Of a DNA stretch of 64,000 bases, positions 41,562 to 50,860 are shown piece by piece. The position numbers and the translations under genes were made by a program. The DNA comes from Bacillota bacterium (GTDB lineage: Bacteria > Bacillota > JAAYKD01), in assembly GCA_963666425.2 (NCBI GenBank), contig OY762825.2:2496001-2560000 (forward strand), in the 5' to 3' direction. The stretch's first letter is position 1; every line of letters begins with the position of its first letter. The notes beneath the pieces were generated by a model that was given only the letters and a program-made list of their open reading frames with translations, did no database searches and was not told the origin of the DNA.

Positions 41562-42869
41562 ATGCTGTTTCAAAACATTGCTTTTCTCGATGAGCATAAC
41601 AACGTGATTCCAAACGGTTATGTTGCTGTCGAGAATAGGAGAATTGCCTATACAGGCGAGACACCGCCGCAGGGCGATTTCGGTGAATGCTACTGTGGCG
41701 AAGGAAAACTGTTGCTGCCTGGATTTGTCAACAGCCACAGCCACACGCCGATGACGCTGCTGCGAGGCTACGGAGAAAACATGGCGTTGGCGTCTTGGCT
41801 GAACAATTGCGTTTTTCCGTTTGAAGCACACTGGAAGCCGGCTGAAATCTACTATGCTACCCTTTTGGGCATTGCCGAAATGGCTCGTTTCGGTATTGTC
41901 TCTACGACGGATATGTACTATTTTGTGCCCCAGATCGCGGATGCGTTTTTATCAGCCGGCATGAAGGCAAATCTTTCTCATACCATCGTCGGTACTTACG
42001 GCGGCGATTTTAACCGTTCACCGGTCAGTCTGGAAACCAGGCGGGTTCATTCGGAGTATCACGGCGCCGATGACGGCTTGATCCGTATTGATGTTGGTTT
42101 ACATGGCGAATATACTACCGATGAAAAAATGGTCAGAGGAGCAGTGAGTTTAGCCAAGGAGTTACAAACAGGGATTCACGTGCATCTTTCTGAAACCAAA
42201 GAAGAAACTGAGGGCTGCCGCAGCCGTCATAAAGGGTTTACTCCTGTGCAGTATTTTAATCGCTTGGGCCTTTTTGATGTACCGGTTACAGCAGCGCACG
42301 GAGTTTGGCTGGAAGCGGAAGATTATCCAATTTTACAGGAACATCAGGTAACCGTGGCGACCTGTCCCAAGAGCAACCTGAAACTGGCGAGCGGGATTCT
42401 GCCTTATCTTACTTTGAAGCAAGCCGGAATTCGGGTTGCTTTGGGAACCGATGGTGCAGCCAGTAATAACAATTTAAATATGCTGGAGGAAATGCGCTTT
42501 TTTGCTCTCCTGCAAAAAACCAAATATAACGACCCCACTTTAGTCACACCGACAGAAGCGCTGCAGGCCGCTACCGTCAATGGCTGGCAGGCGCAGCGGC
42601 GTGAGAACTGCGGTATCCTGGCAAAAGGTTATCGGGCAGATTTGACGGTTCTGGACACAACCTCACCCTCCTGGCAGCCGGTTCACCAAATGCTGAGCAA
42701 TCTGCTCTATTCAGCCAGCGGCAGTGATGTTTGCCTGACGATGGTAGACGGCAAGGTAATTTATCGGGATGGCTGTTATCCCACCATTGATCTGGAACGG
42801 GTTTACTTTGAAGTAGAAGCTGCAAAAAAAAGAATTTTAGGCGAACTGAAAATGGAATCAGCACGATAA
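41562..42869 (+). CDS. MTA/SAH deaminase-like amidohydrolase (MtaD family)
   Basis: PGFVNSHSH, HVHLSET, AAHGV, PKSNLKLASG, GTDGAASNNNL. Confidence 0.85.
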   Translation: MLFQNIAFLDEHNNVIPNGYVAVENRRIAYTGETPPQGDFGECYCGEGKLLLPGFVNSHSHTPMTLLRGYGENMALASWLNNCVFPFEAHWKPAEIYYATLLGIAEMARFGIVSTTDMYYFVPQIADAFLSAGMKANLSHTIVGTYGGDFNRSPVSLETRRVHSEYHGADDGLIRIDVGLHGEYTTDEKMVRGAVSLAKELQTGIHVHLSETKEETEGCRSRHKGFTPVQYFNRLGLFDVPVTAAHGVWLEAEDYPILQEHQVTVATCPKSNLKLASGILPYLTLKQAGIRVALGTDGAASNNNLNMLEEMRFFALLQKTKYNDPTLVTPTEALQAATVNGWQAQRRENCGILAKGYRADLTVLDTTSPSWQPVHQMLSNLLYSASGSDVCLTMVDGKVIYRDGCYPTIDLERVYFEVEAAKKRILGELKMESAR

Positions 42870-42935
42870 AGTCACAGGGAAACCAAGTTCTGCCAGACAG
42901 TGGAAAGCAAAACCTAAAAGCAAAAAGAATTATGG

Positions 42936-42983
42936 CAAGATCTGAAATCCGAAAGGATAACTTGATTCAGATCTTGCTTTTTT
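42936..42983 (+). terminator. Intrinsic terminator
   Basis: gcaagatctgaa...ttcagatcttgc-tttttt. Confidence 0.7.
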
Positions 42984-43120
42984 GTTGAATCATGTCAGTG
43001 CAGCCAGAAACCATCGGTGAAAGAAAATTCATTTGCATGCGAAGCAAATCCGAAAGGAATTGAGCAATCTTTGTAGAATATAGTTGCGATTTTATTTATT
43101 TTAGCGAAGGAGGGACCGAT

Positions 43121-44569
43121 TTGAAAGAAAAAATCCTAGGATTGTTGGCTTTTCTAAAAGAAAAGCAAGTGGATTATGCCGATCTGCGTGTCAATGAGAT
43201 TTTACAGGAGAATATCCAAACCGAAAATCTGAAGGTGCAGAGCTTAAGCACCACCACATCCTATGGTTATGGTATCCGTGTTTTTGTGGATGGTTCGATG
43301 GGATTTGCCGCTTCGCAAGACTTTTCTCAAATGGAAGCGACTGCTTTGCAGGCACTGGCGATTGCCAAAGCCAGCCGTTTGGTGCAAAAAACTCCAATTA
43401 AACTGGCAGCAAAACCGGTCGTCGTGGATCATTACGAAACTCCAATTGAAATTGATCCGTTTACCGTAGCAAAACAGGAAAAATTGGAACTGCTGTTTAC
43501 GGCGGAAAAAGCCATGCGCCAGGCGGCTCCTACAATCTTCCGCACCCACGGTGCTTTGGGATTCCGCAAAGAATATAAGATTTTTGCCGATACCGAAGGA
43601 TCTTATATCAGCCAAACCTTGGTGGAATCTGGCGGCGGGATTGATGCGGTTGCGGTCGCCAAAGGCGAAATGCAGACACGCAGTTTTCCCAATTCAGCCA
43701 GAGGCAACTATGCGACGGCCGGTTATGAGTTTGTGCGTGATCTGCAATTGGTGGAAAACAGCGCCAGAGTGGCGCAGGAAGCGGTGGCTTTGCTGACAGC
43801 AGAAGAATGCCCTTCCGGTTATTTCGATTTGGTTATCGATCCCAGTCAGCTGACCCTGCAGATTCACGAATCGGTGGGACACCCGCTGGAGCTCGACCGT
43901 ATTTTAGGTTATGAAGCAGGATACGCCGGCACATCATTCATCAGTACGGATATGCTGGGTAAATTTCATTACGGCTCTCCCATGATCAATATCATTGGGG
44001 ATGCTACCTGCCCGGGCGGACTCGGGACGTTTGGTTATGATGATGACGGCATTGCCGCTCAGCGCATCCCGCTGATCACCAATGGCGTGGTTGAAAACGT
44101 GCTGACCAGCCGCGATACGGCGGCAGTAGCGCAGCTTTTGCCGAATGGTACCGCCAGAGCGGATGGTTGGGCCCGGATTCCTATCGTCCGCATGACCAAC
44201 ATCAGCTTGCTGCCCGGTGACTTTGAACTGGATGAACTGATCGGCGGTGTGCAATACGGTTTCTATCTGGATATTAATCAAAGCTGGTCGATTGATGACC
44301 GCCGCACAAATTTCCAATTTGCCACAGAAATCGCCTATGAAATTAAAGACGGTAAACTGACGGGCAAGATTTTCAAGAATCCGCTTTATACCGGTATCAC
44401 ACCTGAATTTTGGAACAGCTGCGACGGCGTGGCGAAGGCGAAATACTGGAAACTCTTTGGCACGCCAAACTGCGGCAAAGGCGAACCCGGGCAAGTGGCG
44501 CATGTGGGACACGGTTCCGCACCGGCCCGCTTCAGAAAGATAAAGGTAGGTGTGGCTGATGTTCAGTAA
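43121..44569 (+). CDS. tldD: TldD metalloprotease subunit
   Basis: IHESVGHPLELDR (HExxxH), RMTN, CGKG. Confidence 0.93.
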   Translation: MKEKILGLLAFLKEKQVDYADLRVNEILQENIQTENLKVQSLSTTTSYGYGIRVFVDGSMGFAASQDFSQMEATALQALAIAKASRLVQKTPIKLAAKPVVVDHYETPIEIDPFTVAKQEKLELLFTAEKAMRQAAPTIFRTHGALGFRKEYKIFADTEGSYISQTLVESGGGIDAVAVAKGEMQTRSFPNSARGNYATAGYEFVRDLQLVENSARVAQEAVALLTAEECPSGYFDLVIDPSQLTLQIHESVGHPLELDRILGYEAGYAGTSFISTDMLGKFHYGSPMINIIGDATCPGGLGTFGYDDDGIAAQRIPLITNGVVENVLTSRDTAAVAQLLPNGTARADGWARIPIVRMTNISLLPGDFELDELIGGVQYGFYLDINQSWSIDDRRTNFQFATEIAYEIKDGKLTGKIFKNPLYTGITPEFWNSCDGVAKAKYWKLFGTPNCGKGEPGQVAHVGHGSAPARFRKIKVGVADVQ

Positions 44570-45902
44570 ATCAGAATTGTATCAGATGATTGATTGGGCT
44601 GTTGCGGCAGCCGGACAGCATCCAATTCTTGTGCTCGCCAGCAGTTCAGCCGAAGGGCTCACCCGTTTTGCCAATTCAGAAATCCATCAGAATGTCTTTG
44701 AAGATGTGACCGATCTGCGGATCACAGTGATGGGAAAACAGAAAAAGAGTCAGGTTACCACCAATAAAATCACCCGGCAGGGGATCGAGCAGGCGGTAGC
44801 GGAAGCCATTGAAAATCTGAACTTATTACCGGAAGGGGAAGAGATTCCCGCTCTGGTGAACCAACCGGCTGTCATGGAAATGGAACGTTTCAATCAGGCG
44901 CTGGCGGATGAATTTTCTGCCGAACAAAGAGCGCTGCGTCTGGGAGAGCAATTGGATCAGATTCATCTGCCATATAAGGCTTACGGTCAGCTCTCCTATG
45001 GTGAAAGCGCATTGGCTCTGGGAAATTCAGCTGGGATTCGCCGCTATTTCAGAAGCAACAGCGCCAATTGCAGTGTGCTGATCTCACACGAAAATGGCGC
45101 TTCCGGTTATGCCAGCTCGGTCGCGACCCGAGGCGGTGAACTGGAATTGGCAGCCGCTTTCCGGCGTGCCGATCAAAAAGCACAGGCCAATCAAGCACCG
45201 ATTGACCTGGATATCGGTGCCTACACAGTAATTTTAGAACCCAATGCTGTTTTTGATCTGCTGATGTACACCACGCTTTTGGGATTCTCCGGTAAAAGTC
45301 TGCAGCAGAAAAGCAGTTTCTTAACGGATCGTTTGGGAGAAAAAATCTTTGACGAAAAACTCAGCATCAAAGATGATTGGGAAAACGAAAACGCCCTCGG
45401 AATCCCGTTTGATTTTGAAGGTTCTCCGCGGCAAAAACTAAACTTGATTGATCAAGGGATTGCCAGAGAAGTCGCCTACGATCTGGCCAGCGGCGCCAAA
45501 GCCGGTGTTGCCAGCACAGGACATTCTGCCGGGATGGATATGTTTGGAGCGATTCCCATCAATATCGTCGTCACTCCGGGTGAACAAACACTGCAGCAAA
45601 TCATCGCCGAAACCAAGCAGGGCTTACTGGTTACTCGTTTTCACTATATGAATCCGGTCAATCCGCGTCAAGCCCTGTTAACCGGACTGACACGGGACGG
45701 GTTTTATCAAATTGAAAACGGTGTGGTGACTGCCGCTGTGAACAACATGCGCATGACCGAAAGTATGCTGAAAGCGTTCAACCAAATTGAGGCAATCAGC
45801 AGCGACTGCGAGCGGCTTTCCGCTTTTGTCGGCAATGTTTATGTTCCGGCAATGAAGATCAATCAATTCCATTTCACCGGCAAGACCGGTGTGAAGAAAT
45901 AA
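44559..45902 (+). CDS. TldE/PmbA partner subunit
   Basis: TRFANS, YTVILEP, PFDFEG, STGH, TGLTRDG; no HExxxH; overlaps the tldD stop. Confidence 0.88.
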   Translation: MFSKSELYQMIDWAVAAAGQHPILVLASSSAEGLTRFANSEIHQNVFEDVTDLRITVMGKQKKSQVTTNKITRQGIEQAVAEAIENLNLLPEGEEIPALVNQPAVMEMERFNQALADEFSAEQRALRLGEQLDQIHLPYKAYGQLSYGESALALGNSAGIRRYFRSNSANCSVLISHENGASGYASSVATRGGELELAAAFRRADQKAQANQAPIDLDIGAYTVILEPNAVFDLLMYTTLLGFSGKSLQQKSSFLTDRLGEKIFDEKLSIKDDWENENALGIPFDFEGSPRQKLNLIDQGIAREVAYDLASGAKAGVASTGHSAGMDMFGAIPINIVVTPGEQTLQQIIAETKQGLLVTRFHYMNPVNPRQALLTGLTRDGFYQIENGVVTAAVNNMRMTESMLKAFNQIEAISSDCERLSAFVGNVYVPAMKINQFHFTGKTGVKK

Positions 45903-46075
45903 CGATCGGATCGATCTCTTGCTCAATGCGTCCGTACGAAAACCATGATTGTGGGTTTCGTGCGGACGTTTTTGCTGTAGAAACAAGTTGAAGCTGCCGT
46001 TGGTTTTGAGTTCTGATGGCACACAGAGGAGCAATTAAAAAAGATTTCAGAAAATCGGATTTTAAAAGGTTAATC

Positions 46076-46104
46076 TTGACAAAACTGCCAATTGGATGTA
46101 TAAT
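46076..46104 (+). promoter_or_regulatory. Sigma-A promoter ~265 nt upstream of carD-like gene
   Basis: Perfect TTGACA-17-TATAAT. Confidence 0.8.
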
Positions 46105-46201
46105 AAACCCATCAAGCGAACGAATCAGAGATAAAACAGACGGAATTTTCTTAAAATAGGTGCGAATCCGATCAACGGTACAAGAATAAAGCAATGAAAA
46201 C

Positions 46202-46260
46202 AACGTGCAGTTTGCTGAGCGGAACGTAAGTCCAGTTGTGGCAAACTGTACGTTTTTTTT
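46202..46260 (+). terminator. Terminator-like hairpin inside the carD leader
   Basis: aacgtgcagtttgc...gcaaactgtacg-T8. Confidence 0.6.
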
Positions 46261-46369
46261 GCCTTGATGTTTGGTCTTAGGATTGCAGTGGTTTGGCGGA
46301 CATCAATCGGCTGAATCAAAACAAACCAAAGACCCTGTCTACCCTAGGGAAGGAGTAAGGAGTATGATT

Positions 46370-46891
46370 ATGCTAACAATCAATACCTATGTTGTCTACG
46401 GTACTAACGGTGTTTGCCAGATTACTGGGATTAAGAAAGAAAAGTTCGGTGGCAGTGAGAAAGAATATTATCTCTTGAAACCGATCAATACGGAAGGCTC
46501 GATTATTTATGTACCGCTGGATAATGTAATGCTCACTTCTAAAATTAAAAACCTCCTTAGTCTGGATGAGATTCATGAATTGATTAAACACATGCCGGAG
46601 GAACAAATAACCTGGATCGCGGATAGTAAGCTCCGCGGTGAGAAATATAAAGATATTTTTGGCCGCGGCGATCGCCGGGAACTTGTTTGCATGATGAAGT
46701 CCATTTATCGTCAGAAAAAAGACCGCACCCGGGAAGGCAAAAAACTGTGGTCCGGCGATGAAAAAGCCTTGAATATAGCGGAGAAAATTCTCTTTGATGA
46801 ATTTGCTATTGTTTTGAATATTACCCCGGAACAGGTGGCTCCGTTTATCTATCAGGAACTGCAAGCCAATGGTGATACAGATCAAACCTGA
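46370..46891 (+). CDS. CarD family transcriptional regulator (likely start 46370)
   Basis: YVVYGTNGVCQI, EYYLL, IYVP; aaggag RBS. Confidence 0.88.
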   Translation: MLTINTYVVYGTNGVCQITGIKKEKFGGSEKEYYLLKPINTEGSIIYVPLDNVMLTSKIKNLLSLDEIHELIKHMPEEQITWIADSKLRGEKYKDIFGRGDRRELVCMMKSIYRQKKDRTREGKKLWSGDEKALNIAEKILFDEFAIVLNITPEQVAPFIYQELQANGDTDQT

Positions 46892-46954
46892 TTGCTGCCT
46901 GCAATCAAATAACGTGTGGGTCAGTCTGTAGGGAAACAGCAGGTTCAGAATGGG

Positions 46955-47626
46955 GTAGGGAACGGTCTTGACCGTTCCCTATAATTTACACATGGGACAT
47001 CAATTGTTTTCAGCACCAAGCGAGGGAATAATTATAGCCTAGCGCAATAGCAGGATGGCGCAAAGGTAGGGAACGGTCTTGACCGTTCCGCACGCAGCTT
47101 TTTACGATGATTGTGCAAGGAGTACGAACGCGCAAAGGTAGGGAACGGTCTTGACCGTTCCGCACGCAGCTTTTTACGATGAGTGTGCAAGGAATACGAA
47201 CGCGCAATGGTAGGGAACGGTCTTGACCGTTCCGCACGCAGCTTTTTACGATGAGTGTGCAAGGAGTACGAACGCACAATGGTAGGGAACGGTCTTGACC
47301 GTTCCGCACGCAGCTTTTTACGATGATTGTGCAAGGAATACGAACGCGCAAAGGTAGGGAACGGTCTTGACCGTTTCAAGTGTAACATGATTTAATTATC
47401 ATCGCAAAACGATGGTACGTAACGCTAGGACGGAGTCACGCGGAACGGTCTTGACCGTTCCGCTACGCAGCTTTTTACATAGTGATATCAACACCGCAAA
47501 ACGAGGATGCTACGCTGGGACATCAATTGTTTTCAGCACCAAGCGATGGAATAATTATAGCCTAGCGCAATAGCAGGATGGCGCAAAGGTAGGGAACGGT
47601 CTTGACCGTTCCGCACGTAGCTTTTA
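46955..47626. repeat. GTAG-type REP-like palindrome cluster (8 copies)
   Basis: GTAGGGAACGGTCTTGACCGTTCC at 46955, 47066, 47138, 47210, 47282, 47354 (3' end diverged) and 47589, plus a core without GTAG at 47442; five copies in 72-bp phase. Confidence 0.9.
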
Positions 47627-47954
47627 CGAAGACTGTGCAAGTACAAAGGACGCTCATTAGTGTAGAGAAACGGTTTCTGGAGTTGGAGAAGCTTTTTCGT
47701 AGAGCAGTAAGGATTGCTTTGCAGAACAAATCAAAAAATCACGGCGGCAGTCTGGCATGCTGCCGTGATTTCTTATTTTTACTGTTCATAAAGAAAGGAT
47801 CCTAAAAACACAAGGCTGCACAGGAGATTGACTCAAAGAGCAAGAAATAAGAGAGAAACCTAAAAGCGGCCGGTTTGGCAAGGCAGTTTCGCTCTGCTGA
47901 CGCCCTGCCGGAAAAAATTCTGTAAGCAACAAGCGGAAAAATAGAAAATGAGGA

Positions 47955-49070
47955 ATGAATATGGAAAATAAACTCGTATTGCCGCATGGAACCGTAAGAT
48001 TGCCGGCATTTTTCCCGGACGGCACCTATGGTGTGGTGCGTTGCCTGGATATGGAGGATCTGGAACGCTGTCAGGTTCAGGGCATTGTAATGAACAGTTA
48101 TCATTTACTGACCAAACCCGGCTTGGCGACGATCAAAGCGGTGGGCGGGCTGCATGCTTTTACCGGTTGGCAGCATCCGATCCTGACAGACTCCGGTGGA
48201 TTTCAAGTTTTTTCATTAATACGTCAAAATCCTAAATTCGGTGAGATCAGAAAAAATGAAATTGTTTTCCGGCCGGATAATAGCAATGAGAAGATCGTTT
48301 TCACTCCGGAAAAATGTATTCAGGCACAGTTTACATATGGCTCGGATATCATGATGTGTCTGGACTACTGCACGCAACCGGATGACAGCGATGAAGTCAA
48401 CCAATTCTCAGTGGAAGTCACAGTAGCTTGGGCAAAGCGCTGTAAAGCGGAGTACCTTGTGCAGATGAAGGCGAGAAAGATCGATCCCGCTAAACGGCCG
48501 TTGCTTTTTGCGATTATCCAGGGCGGCGGCAACAAAACAATGCGCAAATGGTGCGCAGAACAGCTGAAAGAAATCGGTTTTGACGGTTATGGTTTTGGCG
48601 GTTGGCCGATGGACAAAGAGGGCAAGCTCATCGAGGATATCCTGCATTTTACAGCGGACTTAATGCCGGATGAGACGCCGAAATATGCGATGGGTCTGGG
48701 CAAACCGGAAGACATCGGCGCCTGTATCAAGATGGGTTATAATTTGTTTGATTGTGTGATTCCCACCAGAGAAGCCAGACATAATCGGCTGTATGTGTTT
48801 GACAGCGACAATGCCAGCGATGCAGCCAATTATCATTATCATTACATTATGGATGATACCCATTACCGCGATCCGCAGCCAATTTCAGAGCAGTGTGACT
48901 GCCTGACTTGCCGCCGTTATTCCAGAGCATATCTGAGACATTTATATAAAGTAGGCGACTCACTCGGTTTCCGCTTGGCGACCCTGCATAATGTGCGTTT
49001 CTATACCCAGCTGATGGAGAAATACCAAGCTGAGAATATACAGGCTGGGGACACTGATGAGAAGCGTTGA
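47955..49070 (+). CDS. tgt: tRNA-guanine transglycosylase family protein (divergent)
   Basis: LTDSGGFQVFSL, IQGG, MGLG, FDCVIPTR, zinc site CDCLTC...H. Confidence 0.88.
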   Translation: MNMENKLVLPHGTVRLPAFFPDGTYGVVRCLDMEDLERCQVQGIVMNSYHLLTKPGLATIKAVGGLHAFTGWQHPILTDSGGFQVFSLIRQNPKFGEIRKNEIVFRPDNSNEKIVFTPEKCIQAQFTYGSDIMMCLDYCTQPDDSDEVNQFSVEVTVAWAKRCKAEYLVQMKARKIDPAKRPLLFAIIQGGGNKTMRKWCAEQLKEIGFDGYGFGGWPMDKEGKLIEDILHFTADLMPDETPKYAMGLGKPEDIGACIKMGYNLFDCVIPTREARHNRLYVFDSDNASDAANYHYHYIMDDTHYRDPQPISEQCDCLTCRRYSRAYLRHLYKVGDSLGFRLATLHNVRFYTQLMEKYQAENIQAGDTDEKR

Positions 49071-49851
49071 GGAGATCGACTGCCTGATCCGCGCTGCCAA
49101 GAAATATACCGGCTTATCTCCTGAGCTGATCACACGAATTTGTCAGCAGGAATATCTCAAATATAAAAAAGAAAAAGATTTGCTCAAAGCGATTCGAAAA
49201 GAGATCCATATCATTTATGGATCTTATCTTAAGGAAGATGCAATTCCTGACTTGCGGCAGCTGCTTGTATCATGGCAGCCGGCTGACGGCTCGCCGGCGG
49301 AATTAGCCGACCAACTGCTGCAGTTGCATGCGTCTACGCGGGAACGCTTTCCGGAAATCAAAGAATTCTATGCGCATTTGAGCGGTTTTCTGCGGCAAGA
49401 GGATCGGGTGCTGGACTTAGGCTGCGGTTTAAATCCCTGTGCCATCTACTGGTTCCCGGCCAGACCATTGAGTTATTGCGCATATGATCTCAATCACGCG
49501 ACGGCGGAATTACTCAATCTTTTTTTCCAAAAATCCGGTCAGACAGACTACCTGGCAGGCGCAGCTGATTTAATCCAAACTACACCAGCAGCCGAAGCGG
49601 ATCTGGTTCTGATGCTCAAACTCTTTCCTGTTTTGGAACAGCAGAAAAAAGGCAGAGCGTTTGAACTGCTCTCGCAGCTACAGGCCAGCCGTTTTGTCGT
49701 TTCTTTTCCAACGCGCAGTTTGGGCGGGAAACGCAAAGGGATGGAAAAATTCTATAGCGAATTCTTCCTTAGCCGGTTGCCCAGCGAATTTTGCGTCGTC
49801 CGTTCTTTTCAAATCAGCAACGAACTTGTTTTTTTGCTGCAAAGAGTTTAA
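49057..49851 (+). CDS. 16S rRNA m7G1405 methyltransferase, ArmA/Rmt (FmrO) family
   Basis: KKY N-terminal motif, LHASTRER, DLGCGLNP, LKLFPVLE, VVSFPTRSLGG, NELV. Confidence 0.88.
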   Translation: MRSVEEIDCLIRAAKKYTGLSPELITRICQQEYLKYKKEKDLLKAIRKEIHIIYGSYLKEDAIPDLRQLLVSWQPADGSPAELADQLLQLHASTRERFPEIKEFYAHLSGFLRQEDRVLDLGCGLNPCAIYWFPARPLSYCAYDLNHATAELLNLFFQKSGQTDYLAGAADLIQTTPAAEADLVLMLKLFPVLEQQKKGRAFELLSQLQASRFVVSFPTRSLGGKRKGMEKFYSEFFLSRLPSEFCVVRSFQISNELVFLLQRV

Positions 49852-49904
49852 TTTTACTGTTCCTGTCTCCATTCATCAATTTGCATGCAGAGGAAAGAGA
49901 AAAT

Positions 49905-50834
49905 ATGATCGACAACCGTGGAATATTGTATATTGTAGCGACACCGATCGGCAACCTGGCCGATTTTTCTCCCCGGGCTATTGAAATCTTAAAAAGTGTA
50001 GATTTAATCGCTGCCGAAGATACGCGAAATTCGAGTCATTTATTGCAGCACTTTGCTATCGAAACCAAGATGATTTCTTATCATAAATTCAATGAGCAGC
50101 AGAGGGCGGCGTCTTTACTGCTGCGTTTGCTGAACGGAGAGAATCTGGCGGTCATTTCGGATGCCGGCACACCCTGCATCAGCGATCCGGGCAGCCTGCT
50201 GATTCAAGAGGCGATCAAGGCACAGATCCAAGTGATCGGGATTCCGGGTGCCTGCGCCATGCTGACAGCGCTTTCCATCTGCGGCTTTAATCTGCAGGAA
50301 TTCTACTTCGGTGGTTTTCTGCCACGCAAGAAAACCCTGATCGAGCAGGAATTCCGCAAGCGGATCGCAACGCCGCAGTGCACCTGCGCTTGGTATGAAT
50401 CGCCGATGCGCCTGAAAGCAACTTTAGCAGTGCTTTGCCAGGCAGCCCCTCAGGCGGAGGTATGTCTCTGTAATGACCTTACCAAGAAATTCGAACGGAG
50501 TTATCATGGCACGGCGCCGGAAGTAGAAAAAGAAGTGATGAGCAATCCGGATTATCAAAAAGGTGAGTATGTTCTGGTTGTCAGCTTTGCCAAATTGTCT
50601 GCCGCAGTCAATGAGGCTGAAACAGGCGCAGAAACAATCTGTCATGAAGCGAAACTGGTACAGATCATGCAGCAGCAAAACTGCTCTCTGCGAGAGGCGA
50701 TGCGAGTTTTTTATCAGATGAATCACGGCAAACTCGGTAAAAAGGAAATTTACCAAGCCGGCTTGCACTTGAAGCAATTATGCCTCGGTGGTGATGCGGA
50801 AGCGGAAATACAAGAAGAATCGGATTGTCTTTGA
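49905..50834 (+). CDS. rsmI: 16S rRNA C1402 2'-O-methyltransferase (likely start 49905)
   Basis: LYIVATPIGNL, AEDTR, ISDAGTPCISDPG, YESP, LTKKFE, KGEYV. Confidence 0.93.
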   Translation: MIDNRGILYIVATPIGNLADFSPRAIEILKSVDLIAAEDTRNSSHLLQHFAIETKMISYHKFNEQQRAASLLLRLLNGENLAVISDAGTPCISDPGSLLIQEAIKAQIQVIGIPGACAMLTALSICGFNLQEFYFGGFLPRKKTLIEQEFRKRIATPQCTCAWYESPMRLKATLAVLCQAAPQAEVCLCNDLTKKFERSYHGTAPEVEKEVMSNPDYQKGEYVLVVSFAKLSAAVNEAETGAETICHEAKLVQIMQQQNCSLREAMRVFYQMNHGKLGKKEIYQAGLHLKQLCLGGDAEAEIQEESDCL

Positions 50835-50860
50835 ACAAAATGAACAGATATAATAAGGAA

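Noticed and set aside
42871..42920. c-di-GMP-I riboswitch-like words (cacagggaaacca...tggaaagcaaaacc) upstream of tldD
   Set aside because: Lacks GGCAAA, the GNRA-capped P2 and a closing P1/P3; directly follows the mtaD stop with no promoter seen
43121..45902. TldD/E as part of a RiPP cluster
   Set aside because: No precursor peptide, YcaO or radical SAM gene adjacent; looks like the common standalone pair
47010..47388. Repeat-peptide ORFs (RNGQDRSL / AERSRPFPT) as RiPP precursors
   Set aside because: They are translations of the 72-bp REP units; no RBS or modifying enzymes adjacent
46955..47626. CRISPR array (24-bp palindromic repeat, 72-bp period)
   Set aside because: The 48-bp intervening sequences are almost identical to each other; the GTAG-palindrome fits REP; no cas genes
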